Source of the DNA: Candidatus Hydrogenedentota bacterium | GTDB taxonomy: Bacteria > Hydrogenedentota > Hydrogenedentia > Hydrogenedentales > SLHB01 | DNA: 64,000 bases | Direction: 5' to 3' | Assembly: GCA_029974275.1 (NCBI GenBank) | Contig: JARKSN010000316.1 | Coordinates: 17,459 to 81,458, forward strand | Shown: piece after piece, positions 20,956 through 29,604 of the stretch | Position numbering within the stretch: position 1 is the first letter of the stretch | Layout: each line of letters starts with the position of its first letter | Translations under genes and position numbers: made by a program | The notes under the pieces: generated by a model | Seen by the model: the letters and a program-made list of their open reading frames with translations, nothing else | Database searches by the model: none | What the model was told of the DNA's origin: nothing

Positions 20956-23900
20956 CTACGGAGAGGAGACGCGACGGGGACGCTTGCGATCCGAGACAGC
21001 CTTGAACAATCCTTCGGAACGCGTGCAGACCCATGTGCACGAAAATGCCGCATCTCCCAAAATGTCCGCCACGTCCCTCAATGGCTTCCGGCCAAGACGC
21101 CACGCATCGTTGCTGACCGCATACATGGAATCCCCCTTTCCTCGGAGAAGTCCGTCCGCTTCCACCCGAAGAATCCCGCCGTCCGGAGCGGGCGTCTGAA
21201 ACGACCACGGTTGTTTGCCGAAGCAGAGATCGATGACGGCATGGCCGACTTCACATCGAAACGAGGTTGCCTCCATCGCCGAGGTTCTCGCCCAGATCGC
21301 GGGCCGGCCATCGACATCGTCAAAAACGCGTACTCGCTCCACGCCCCGGATCCTGTTTTTCTCGTCGCCGATCACGAGCCGCGCATCCCGCAACGCCTGT
21401 TTACCATCCTCGTGCCACGGCAACAGGAGGATGCCGCCCAAAGAACCCACGGCTACGTATTCCAAAGCAGGAAGCATGGCTGCCGAAGTCAACACATCAA
21501 ACGCCATCGCGCGACAATTTCCGATGTCGATCAGCGCCGCATAATCCGCTGGGGATGCCGTGAACGGCGCGGACGCGAGATCGCTCCAGGCATACCGAGG
21601 CTCCGACGACCATGCCAAGGCCGGAGCTCGCAACACGACCGTATCTCCAACGCGAAAGGCGTTCCCCGTGGTTTGGGCATCGATCTCTTCCCAAGCCAGG
21701 GGGCCGTCTTTCCACGAACTCCGATGAAACCGCCACGAAACCGTTTCGCCGGTCCCCTCCCTCTGAGCAGTGAAAAAACTTCCGAGCTCCGCTTCCCGGA
21801 TGCGGTCGATGCGCCGAGGGCAGGGTTTGATGTCGCGAAGAACGAGACGATTCTCCTCGATTGCATTCAAACACAGGAAGGAAGAACCGCCATTTTCGGG
21901 GTTTTGACTGTGGGTCGCGAGAAGCCACAGTTTCTCCTTTCCCGGAAAGGATTCCAGCGCGCATCCTGCGTCGGCAGCATCGAACACGAAGCGACCATCC
22001 GCCAGCAGGCGATCGTCGGAGATATCCGGAATTCGAGAACGGAGCAGAGGGGCATTCTTCGAAAGCAGGTCGCGCGGAATCCAGCTTTGGGTTAGTTCGA
22101 GGCGGCGTTTTCCCAACATGCCGTCGTCCTGAAACGCAACCATCAGATGCGCCACGCTGCGCAACGACGGAGACGCGTCGATGCGTTCCAATCGCCACGG
22201 CCCTTCCATGCAAGAGACATGATACTGAGGGAATTCGGCGTCGCCGCCCACAACCACTCCCGTGCGCTTCCCATTTGCGCGGGCGACATCGCACCGTGTT
22301 TGCCCGCGCAACACGGTCAGCGTCATGGGATATTGGCCTGCCTGAGCAAGATCAACCCGCGCCAGCCCTGCCTGCGTCACCAGGACTCCGGTCCTGTTGT
22401 CGTCGAGCAATCCGATGGCATGCGTTATGTCCCACGCAAACCGATCCTCATGCCACCAATCCGGGATCGGAAGCGGTTGCGCGCCGGTTTCCTCTGCTTC
22501 CACGCACGGCGTGAGAGACATGTCCGTTTTCGAGATGGGACGCCACACGATGTTTCCGACCTGTCCCTCGACTTGCGGCGTTTCCAGTTTTTCGCTCTGC
22601 CACGAAGCATCCGCAGCGGCGGAAGTCTGAAATGTCCATAGCCGATGCTTTTCGCGCGCCGTCAGACGCAGCGCCGCCCCCCCGATTAAGCTCGGAACGC
22701 AATCCGAAGGCATGTCCGAAGGCGGCGCGAAGCACGCCATGATCGTTGCAGGGGATCTCGGATCGCGTTTCACGACGCATCGGCCAGGAACGAACACGTA
22801 CAAACCTTCATTGAAGGAAGCGAACGATGCCCCGCGATCGAAAAAGAACCTGCTGCCGTCAAACACGGATTTTCCGTCGAAGGCGCGAAACGACACCTTG
22901 CCTTCGCGACATGCGATCCGCAATGCGGGGGTGCTTATCTCCGATTCCGGATCGTGGGAGAGGGGCGTTTCGGATTTGTCCACTCGTTGGAACGGTCTTG
23001 CTTGCAGTCTCCAGAATCCATCTTCCGTTTCCAACGTAATAGGCCCATCCGAAACGTCGCGGCGCAGCCATGTAACGAGGTCATCTCGGAATTTCCAATT
23101 TCCAGCCGTTGTCTGCCGCCAGGAACGCGTCCGGTTCGCTTCATCAAGACGGACGATCCGCAGTTCCGTTTCCATGCCGGGACGTCGGGTCAAGCGCCAC
23201 TGCCAGCCGCCGTTCTCCACGACGCTGGTTTGCGCGAGGGCATCCGGACCGGTCAGCAGGGTCAGTTGGCCATCTTGCCACAAGGCAACGAACCGGCTAT
23301 TCATTTCTATGGCAACGCGCGCTGGACCTTCCAGACGAACCAGCGATCCGTTGCGGAATCGCTCATCAACAACCTGTAACCGGAACGAGTCGGCATCGCG
23401 AACCGTCAGCCCCAGATCGGTTATCAACACAAGAGAACCGTCCGAGAGGATTTCCATATCCTTCGTGCACAAGAACGAAAACGTATCCCCCGACGAAGCC
23501 CAGACGGGCCTTTCGGCGCGCGACGCATCGCTCCATGCAATATCGAGTCCATTTTCGGGACCCGCCCGGAAATCCAGTTGTTCTCCTGCGACATCGACTC
23601 TGGCCGCCGTCTTCGTCGAAAGCGTTTCCTCAAACCGCAACGTCCCTTCGGACGCTTCCTCCACGAGGCGCGTTGTCCGGTCCGCAAACGTAAGCTGGAT
23701 TCTGTCGTAGGAAAACCATTGCGCCGACACCAGGTCCTTGCCAAGCACGCGTTCTCGCCGGGTTTCCTCCAGCTCCGTCGAGTTTTTCCCCGGCATCAAG
23801 ACCGCCAACTCACCTCGTTGAACCGTATATACATTGCCCGATGGCCCCAGCGCGGCGCCGTCGTAGACATCTTCCTCGAACCCTCCAGGCTTGGCGTGAA

Positions 23901-26900
23901 GGGAGCGCCATGCGCCATGCGCGTTTCGCCAGCAGTGCGTTACGCCCTCCTCGCGAGAGACCTTGAAAACCTCCGTCTCGAGCAAGAGCCCGTCGCCCGG
24001 ACGGACCATCGAAACGCCCCCCTTTTCCAGCATTTCGGCCAGCATGGCCCCAGAGACAGGCAATCGCGAGACAACCGCCCCGGAATCCGCCTGCACCGAG
24101 ACAATGCCGGTTTGAGATTCGCGCTCGATGACGCCATAGGTCTGGTCTTTGGCGCGAAACCATCCATAAAACGTGTATCCGGGAATGGGGGAAAGGAGAC
24201 GTCGCAACCTGCCCTCAGCCGGATCGTACTGGGCCACGCTTCCCTGAATGTCTATGAAATAAACCTTGCCGTTGGAGCATTGCGCATATACGGTTTCTCG
24301 CGGATCGAATCCTGCCTCATCGAGCGCGCCGCCGCGCGCGTATTCGACGCAGGGAGCTGCAATGTCGCGCCATTCCATCATCGACAAGCGCCCGTCGGCG
24401 ACGAACGCCATTCGGACCACGCCCCGATCATCCACCCGAATGCCGCCCTGGCGCACGTTCTCGGGGATGGATGTCACCAAGCGTTGATGAAGGTCTTTTC
24501 CGACGAAAAGGACATCCCGATCGTCTGCAATGACCATTCCCGAGGAACTCGAAGCGCAGTGCTGCGGCGTCTGCTTCAGTTCGAGCGGCATTTCGCGCCA
24601 AGTGCCGCATGCGTGATCATAAACGCCCAGCGATGGATCGGGACCTACGAACACGACGCTGGAATCGTCTCGTTGCCAAGCGAAGATGGCTTTTTCCACG
24701 AGACGCCGCATGCCGCGGGCAGACCCAAAGCTATCCGCCTTCCATTGTGCGGAGGTTTTCCCTGAAATCGGCGTCCAACGGACCAGAGAACCCTCGGCGT
24801 TGAGCGCCCAAACCCGCTGACCAGGAGCCTTTGAACCGGCCAGTTGCACCGCTGCCTTGCGCCCTCCAGGAATCTCGCGCCATGCGTTGTCGTATTGGTG
24901 GAACAACCGCCCGTCTTGCAGCCGGGCGAACACGATACCGGCGGCAGAGCATAAATCTGTCACCGGCGAGGGGGAAGAGCCGGATACGATTCCAAGCTGC
25001 GCATATGTCGCCGTATCGTTGTGGTAGGCGATCACGTGGCCGCCAGGGCCCGATGCAAGCATCGCGTTTTCGCCTGACGGCGCGATGGCGGTCGCACGAC
25101 TCGGTTCGAAAGGAAAACCGCCCTTCCCAAATACGCCAGTGGAAATTCGGTCCGACACAAGACGCAGACAGCCGTCCTTGTATAGATAGACAAGGTCTTC
25201 GCCGGTCAAGCGAATCTGTTTCACCGTTTCCGGGCTGTCAGGGGAAGCGATCCAGCCGCGATCTTCGCCCATGTCGCCCGTATTCGAGGCATATTGGATG
25301 CACCGATCGCCCTTAAGAAAGGCCACCCGCCACCACTCCGACTTGCTTTCTCCGTCGCCCCGCACGTAAAGGCACGCATCCCCCAGAAACGAGGAAGAGG
25401 AGGCGGCGTCGGCGCCTAGGGTCGGCGCATGCCCTGTGCAAAAACGCCTAGGAAACCCGGTTTTTGGATAATCGTATCGGTAAATCTCGCCATTTTCCCC
25501 TAACCCCAAGAACACGCCATGGCACGAGACGACATGTTTGGCAGGACACTGGTTAAACGGGTCCAACGCTCGCCAGTGGCTTTGCCGTTTTGGGTCGTAT
25601 GCATAGCAATACGCCGCGCCGTTGCTATCCACCGCCAAGACCCCGTCGGGAAGGGCTTCCAATGCCCTGAATCCGCTTGCCCGCCGCCGCTCGTCAATCG
25701 TTCTATTTCCCTCCTGTCCGTGCCACAACGCCATGGATGCATCCTGATACCCGTGCGTATGGGCGTCATACAAAAACGTCCCGCGGTTCGTCGCGAAAAG
25801 CATCCCTTCGTCGACGGTTTTGATGCTCCGGACCTCCAGCGCGCCGACAGCGCCCTCGGGCTTCCAGCCGTTTCCGGACCTGATCGTCTCGTGTTGGCCT
25901 TGCGCCATGGGAGCCCTGGCCAGCCGAACCTCAAGCGCGGATCCGCCGGATGTGGCCTGATAGAGACATAGCCCGCCGTCGGGGCTTACCGCCGCCGGCC
26001 CTGTGGCGTTCGCGTCGAGAACGACTACGTTTTTCGATAGGTCCTGATTTTCGGAAGCGTTTACAAGCAGCAATCCGGCATCCGTAGCCACCAGCGCTGC
26101 GCTCCCGTGCGACCCAGGAACCGTATCGATGGACGATATATTCGGACATGTCGCCACTCCGATGAGCCGGCGTTCTGTCGCATCGTAACGGAACAACGCG
26201 TTGGCCGTAGCCATCCACGTGGCGCTTTCATCTTGAGCCACCCGCGTGATGCTTGTCACGGCGTCGAGCTTCGGCGCTGTTTCGGGCTGATGCGTGAAAT
26301 AGGGCCCCGCCCATCCCGCATCGGGATCGAAGAGCCAAGTGGAACCGTGCGAGTCTTGCGCCCATGCACTGTGTCCTTCATACGGGGCGTCGAGCTGGAC
26401 AGCGGCCTGGGTATGCAGTTCGCCGCGATCCAGAAAATTCAGCGTTTGGCGATCTGCGCAACGGACGCCTCCTTCCCGAAGCGTAAGCCAGACGCGATCG
26501 CGCGTCAGGCCGACATCCGCCATGTCAACCGCCGAGGCCTGGCCTGTTTGCCAGGAACGGTCTCGTTGCAATGTCCCATCCGAAAGAGGACTAAAGGTGT
26601 AGCGCGCCACGCCCGCGCCTCGAAGCGCCACTAGCCATCCCGACGCATCGAACGCATTGCCTTGCACCTCCGCCTCCACGCTGCCGACAGAGGCGTGATG
26701 GCGCCAGTAGGGATTTTCAGGCGCCCCCAGCCACGAATTCATCGCTATCCCGCTTTTTCCATGCGTCGCATGGGACCGCTCGATAGCCTGTCCCGACGTC
26801 AAGACGAGAAACTCATCCGGTCCTTTGCCATTTGTGACGTCGAGCGTTGGATTTGGGATATGACGCTGCCGGACAAGACGGCTTTGCTTGTGGAGGATTG

Positions 26901-27681
26901 TCAGACCGTCCGATGTTCCCAGCGCCAGCCAATTTCCGTTTGACGCCATGGACGTGAATACCGTGCGCGTGTAATCCCAGAAGGGGCGTACGTCGCGCAC
27001 ATGGTCAAGGGTGTTCCAGGGAAACATCCACGGCAGCCTGGGGTTCACGGCAAACACCGACATCGCCGCACCCGAAAACAGGCATGCAGTCAGGAGCCCC
27101 CCCAGCGCCCAGACCGATATCGCTCGACGAGCGTAATCGTAGGGAAAGCTCGATATCTTGTAAGCGTTTGGTCGCAGTGAGGTTTCGGATGCTCCATGCT
27201 GCCGCGCGAAGTCTTCCGCCAAAGCATCGACGAAGCGAATCCGCCCCAGAATTCCTTCCTGCCACTCGCGCGGAACTCGCCGCCGCCACGCGCCCAGCAA
27301 ACGGCGCAGTGTATTCAGGGCCAGCGCTTGCATCACATCGTTCGTCTCATGCGACGGAAGTGTCGGCGGAATGGAGAAATCCGCATCCTCGGCGAGGTCT
27401 TCCAAAAAACATCTCCAGACATCCCAGCGGACCTCAGTCGAGAAATCCTCTGTAAGCGCCAGCCACATGGTCGCGCACGAACTTCCCAGCCGCGCCGCCA
27501 GTTCCGTCGGTTGCAGGGCGCGCACCAGATGAAACTGGTTGTGTATCGCGCGAACCGCCATTGTTTCAGGCTGGTTCTCGTGGTGCAGTAAAAGGTGCAG
27601 AAAACGTGCGTACGACTCACCGTTTCTGATGGATTCAGGGCCCACCGGGTAAAGAACTCCGCGGCGAGTTTGACGACGCAA
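20956..27681 (-). CDS. Giant single-pass membrane protein with a large repetitive beta-rich (propeller-like) ectodomain; true 5' end uncertain, possibly a frameshifted continuation of the upstream CHAT ORF
   Basis: 2241-codon open frame; one hydrophobic segment (AISVWALGGLLTACLFSGAAMSVFAV) near 27045-27120; blade-like motifs (WLALGTSDGL, TWMATANALFRYD, LFATNRGTFLYD, TWVCTRSEGLFK). Confidence 0.75.
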   Translation of the reverse strand: MRRQTRRGVLYPVGPESIRNGESYARFLHLLLHHENQPETMAVRAIHNQFHLVRALQPTELAARLGSSCATMWLALTEDFSTEVRWDVWRCFLEDLAEDADFSIPPTLPSHETNDVMQALALNTLRRLLGAWRRRVPREWQEGILGRIRFVDALAEDFARQHGASETSLRPNAYKISSFPYDYARRAISVWALGGLLTACLFSGAAMSVFAVNPRLPWMFPWNTLDHVRDVRPFWDYTRTVFTSMASNGNWLALGTSDGLTILHKQSRLVRQRHIPNPTLDVTNGKGPDEFLVLTSGQAIERSHATHGKSGIAMNSWLGAPENPYWRHHASVGSVEAEVQGNAFDASGWLVALRGAGVARYTFSPLSDGTLQRDRSWQTGQASAVDMADVGLTRDRVWLTLREGGVRCADRQTLNFLDRGELHTQAAVQLDAPYEGHSAWAQDSHGSTWLFDPDAGWAGPYFTHQPETAPKLDAVTSITRVAQDESATWMATANALFRYDATERRLIGVATCPNISSIDTVPGSHGSAALVATDAGLLLVNASENQDLSKNVVVLDANATGPAAVSPDGGLCLYQATSGGSALEVRLARAPMAQGQHETIRSGNGWKPEGAVGALEVRSIKTVDEGMLFATNRGTFLYDAHTHGYQDASMALWHGQEGNRTIDERRRASGFRALEALPDGVLAVDSNGAAYCYAYDPKRQSHWRALDPFNQCPAKHVVSCHGVFLGLGENGEIYRYDYPKTGFPRRFCTGHAPTLGADAASSSSFLGDACLYVRGDGESKSEWWRVAFLKGDRCIQYASNTGDMGEDRGWIASPDSPETVKQIRLTGEDLVYLYKDGCLRLVSDRISTGVFGKGGFPFEPSRATAIAPSGENAMLASGPGGHVIAYHNDTATYAQLGIVSGSSPSPVTDLCSAAGIVFARLQDGRLFHQYDNAWREIPGGRKAAVQLAGSKAPGQRVWALNAEGSLVRWTPISGKTSAQWKADSFGSARGMRRLVEKAIFAWQRDDSSVVFVGPDPSLGVYDHACGTWREMPLELKQTPQHCASSSSGMVIADDRDVLFVGKDLHQRLVTSIPENVRQGGIRVDDRGVVRMAFVADGRLSMMEWRDIAAPCVEYARGGALDEAGFDPRETVYAQCSNGKVYFIDIQGSVAQYDPAEGRLRRLLSPIPGYTFYGWFRAKDQTYGVIERESQTGIVSVQADSGAVVSRLPVSGAMLAEMLEKGGVSMVRPGDGLLLETEVFKVSREEGVTHCWRNAHGAWRSLHAKPGGFEEDVYDGAALGPSGNVYTVQRGELAVLMPGKNSTELEETRRERVLGKDLVSAQWFSYDRIQLTFADRTTRLVEEASEGTLRFEETLSTKTAARVDVAGEQLDFRAGPENGLDIAWSDASRAERPVWASSGDTFSFLCTKDMEILSDGSLVLITDLGLTVRDADSFRLQVVDERFRNGSLVRLEGPARVAIEMNSRFVALWQDGQLTLLTGPDALAQTSVVENGGWQWRLTRRPGMETELRIVRLDEANRTRSWRQTTAGNWKFRDDLVTWLRRDVSDGPITLETEDGFWRLQARPFQRVDKSETPLSHDPESEISTPALRIACREGKVSFRAFDGKSVFDGSRFFFDRGASFASFNEGLYVFVPGRCVVKRDPRSPATIMACFAPPSDMPSDCVPSLIGGAALRLTAREKHRLWTFQTSAAADASWQSEKLETPQVEGQVGNIVWRPISKTDMSLTPCVEAEETGAQPLPIPDWWHEDRFAWDITHAIGLLDDNRTGVLVTQAGLARVDLAQAGQYPMTLTVLRGQTRCDVARANGKRTGVVVGGDAEFPQYHVSCMEGPWRLERIDASPSLRSVAHLMVAFQDDGMLGKRRLELTQSWIPRDLLSKNAPLLRSRIPDISDDRLLADGRFVFDAADAGCALESFPGKEKLWLLATHSQNPENGGSSFLCLNAIEENRLVLRDIKPCPRRIDRIREAELGSFFTAQREGTGETVSWRFHRSSWKDGPLAWEEIDAQTTGNAFRVGDTVVLRAPALAWSSEPRYAWSDLASAPFTASPADYAALIDIGNCRAMAFDVLTSAAMLPALEYVAVGSLGGILLLPWHEDGKQALRDARLVIGDEKNRIRGVERVRVFDDVDGRPAIWARTSAMEATSFRCEVGHAVIDLCFGKQPWSFQTPAPDGGILRVEADGLLRGKGDSMYAVSNDAWRLGRKPLRDVADILGDAAFSCTWVCTRSEGLFKAVSDRKRPRRVSSP

Positions 27682-28676
27682 TGGATAGCGAGCGGCGGAT
27701 CCTGGGAATCAAGCGCCGGCGTCTGGGCCTGATGCATCCCCAGCCGGATGTCGATGCTGGCGCCGACGAAAAAACGAACCCCGGCGTCGAGGAAGGCATG
27801 CGGATATGAGAGCCCCTGCTCTTCGCGGCCTGATGGGTCACGTCCCGCGCTGTAGCAACAGCACGCGTACACCAGTTCCGGGACGATGCGTCTTTGGTTG
27901 GGTGCGGTGGATGATGTCTGGTCTGCGCGCAGAAAACGCCGGAGATCGGAAATCGACAGCACGTGTCCCGGGTGCAACAGCCAACCTCTTCCCTTGTCCG
28001 ACGGGTCGGACAAATGACCCAAGAAAAAAACGGCGCGATGCTTGCGAAATATCTCGATCAAGAGGTCGAAGCGCCCCGCATCGTCGCCTTTGAGCCGTTG
28101 AAATTCCTCGCCGCTGAAGGTGTCCACAATCAAGTAAGGTTGCAACTGCCTCTGGAGCGATTTGGCCTGAGACTCGAACAATTCGTTTCCGTCCCCTGTC
28201 GCGTAGAGAATGGCAAGAGTTCTTTCGGGCGGCCGGTCGACAGGCGGACACGCCAAGTGGTCTATGATCCGGTAGACAGGGCCTAGGGTGTCGAGCCATT
28301 TCTCGCCTGCGGGGAGCAGTTCTGGCAGCAGCTCACAGGATTGATAGGTGAGGATCAGCGTCAATGGAAGAGGCGGCGTGGAGGACTGCATGGCTTGGGT
28401 CACCAGATCGAAGCCCTTTTCCCATCCGATAAAACTAAGCAAATCGGCGCCTGCCGCCACAGGATACGGTCGTAGCGGATCGTCGAGAGCCTCCTTCATG
28501 GATGCGTGCATTCGCCCGATCGCGCCGTGCAGGAGAGAATCCCAACGCTTTCCGGGATCAACGATGGGGTGCGATAGGGGAGCCGATGTCTTGTCCGCCG
28601 CTGAAAAGATAACCAGAAGGGGGGATTGCCCTTCTTCGGGATAATGAAGCGAGAATGTTGCGGATGCCTCGTTCAT
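27333..28676 (-). CDS. CHAT-domain (caspase-like) cysteine protease, C-terminus apparently disrupted
   Basis: ELLPELL, VFFLGH (His 28014-28016), PELVYACCCYS (Cys 27855-27863), AFLDAGVRFFVG, LAAEFF; stops looking CHAT-like after ~27620. Confidence 0.75.
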   Translation of the reverse strand: MNEASATFSLHYPEEGQSPLLVIFSAADKTSAPLSHPIVDPGKRWDSLLHGAIGRMHASMKEALDDPLRPYPVAAGADLLSFIGWEKGFDLVTQAMQSSTPPLPLTLILTYQSCELLPELLPAGEKWLDTLGPVYRIIDHLACPPVDRPPERTLAILYATGDGNELFESQAKSLQRQLQPYLIVDTFSGEEFQRLKGDDAGRFDLLIEIFRKHRAVFFLGHLSDPSDKGRGWLLHPGHVLSISDLRRFLRADQTSSTAPNQRRIVPELVYACCCYSAGRDPSGREEQGLSYPHAFLDAGVRFFVGASIDIRLGMHQAQTPALDSQDPPLAIHCVVKLAAEFFTRWALNPSETVSRTHVFCTFYCTTRTSLKQWRFARYTTSFIWCAPCNRRNWRRGWEVRARPCGWRLQRISRLRSAGMSGDVFWKTSPRMRISPFRRHFRRMRRTM

Positions 28677-29596
28677 GCGGGGGTGTTCTCGCCAGCGTCC
28701 GGCGCTGTGCCCGCCACTACGGGCAATTCGATCGTCACCTCGCGCAACTCGCCCGAACGGGTCGCACCGGATAGAAATAGACGCAACGGTTCGGTCGTCG
28801 GCGGTGCAATCCGGAAATCGATCCCTCCTTCCCTGCGCAGGTCTCGAGCGCCCGTGGCAGGACGCTCGGAAGTTCCCAGCGCCACCGAGAGGGGAAACGA
28901 GGTTTCCCCGACGAGGTCACAATGGCATACCCAATAGACGGCCTCTCCGTCCTTGAGATATTCCTCCCGCAGAGTGATCCGGATCGTCACGCCAAAATCC
29001 TGGACGGGTGCATCCAGAAGAATTCGGTCCGGATACTCCGTCAAAGCAGGCACAGGTTGAATCCCCGTGCAGGTCCAGATGCCTACGCGCAGTCCTGGCT
29101 CAAACGCGGTTTCCAGCATTCGGATCCCGGCATGCGCGGCCTCCGATACGTGTTCCGCAAGCCGCCACTTCTTGCCACGCAACACCAGCATTTGAGACGG
29201 GAAGGCGCCGACGCACGAGTGGGCGAAGTCCAGCCATTCGCGGCGTTGCTGGTTCATGTCGAGCAGGAGTGCCTTGGTCGCTTCTGGGAAAGGCTCGATG
29301 CCTTGGGTATGCGTTGCAACCGGTTGCTCGGTTTCCTCCTTCCAAAATTCAAGCGCGGCAAGGATGCTGTCAAGACCGGCTTGCGCGACATGGGGATCTG
29401 TTTCAAGATTCTTGATCACGGTAAGAAAACGGTCGAATTCATCGGCGGCCCGTTTCCGGAAAAAAGACACGGCCTCCCGAATATCCGCTTCGGGCACGTT
29501 TTCTCCCGCAAGATAGTCAAGAATCATGTTTCGAGCCCTCTGTGCCGCGTCAATATCAGCTTGAGCGGGCACGATAGGCCGACTATTGGAATCCAT
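28673..29596 (-). CDS. Putative soluble anti-sigma-like protein (helical N-terminus, beta-rich C-terminus)
   Basis: Between sigma and CHAT genes; ILDYLAGE resembles the first anti-sigma-domain helix; no transmembrane segment; ATGA overlap with CHAT gene. Confidence 0.5.
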   Translation of the reverse strand: MDSNSRPIVPAQADIDAAQRARNMILDYLAGENVPEADIREAVSFFRKRAADEFDRFLTVIKNLETDPHVAQAGLDSILAALEFWKEETEQPVATHTQGIEPFPEATKALLLDMNQQRREWLDFAHSCVGAFPSQMLVLRGKKWRLAEHVSEAAHAGIRMLETAFEPGLRVGIWTCTGIQPVPALTEYPDRILLDAPVQDFGVTIRITLREEYLKDGEAVYWVCHCDLVGETSFPLSVALGTSERPATGARDLRREGGIDFRIAPPTTEPLRLFLSGATRSGELREVTIELPVVAGTAPDAGENTPA

Positions 29597-29604
29597 GTTG
29601 TCTC

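Noticed and set aside
27580..27660. Canonical programmed -1 frameshift signal at the CHAT junction
   Set aside because: Only short T runs; no in-frame X XXY YYZ heptamer identified, so an indel, deletion or assembly error is more parsimonious
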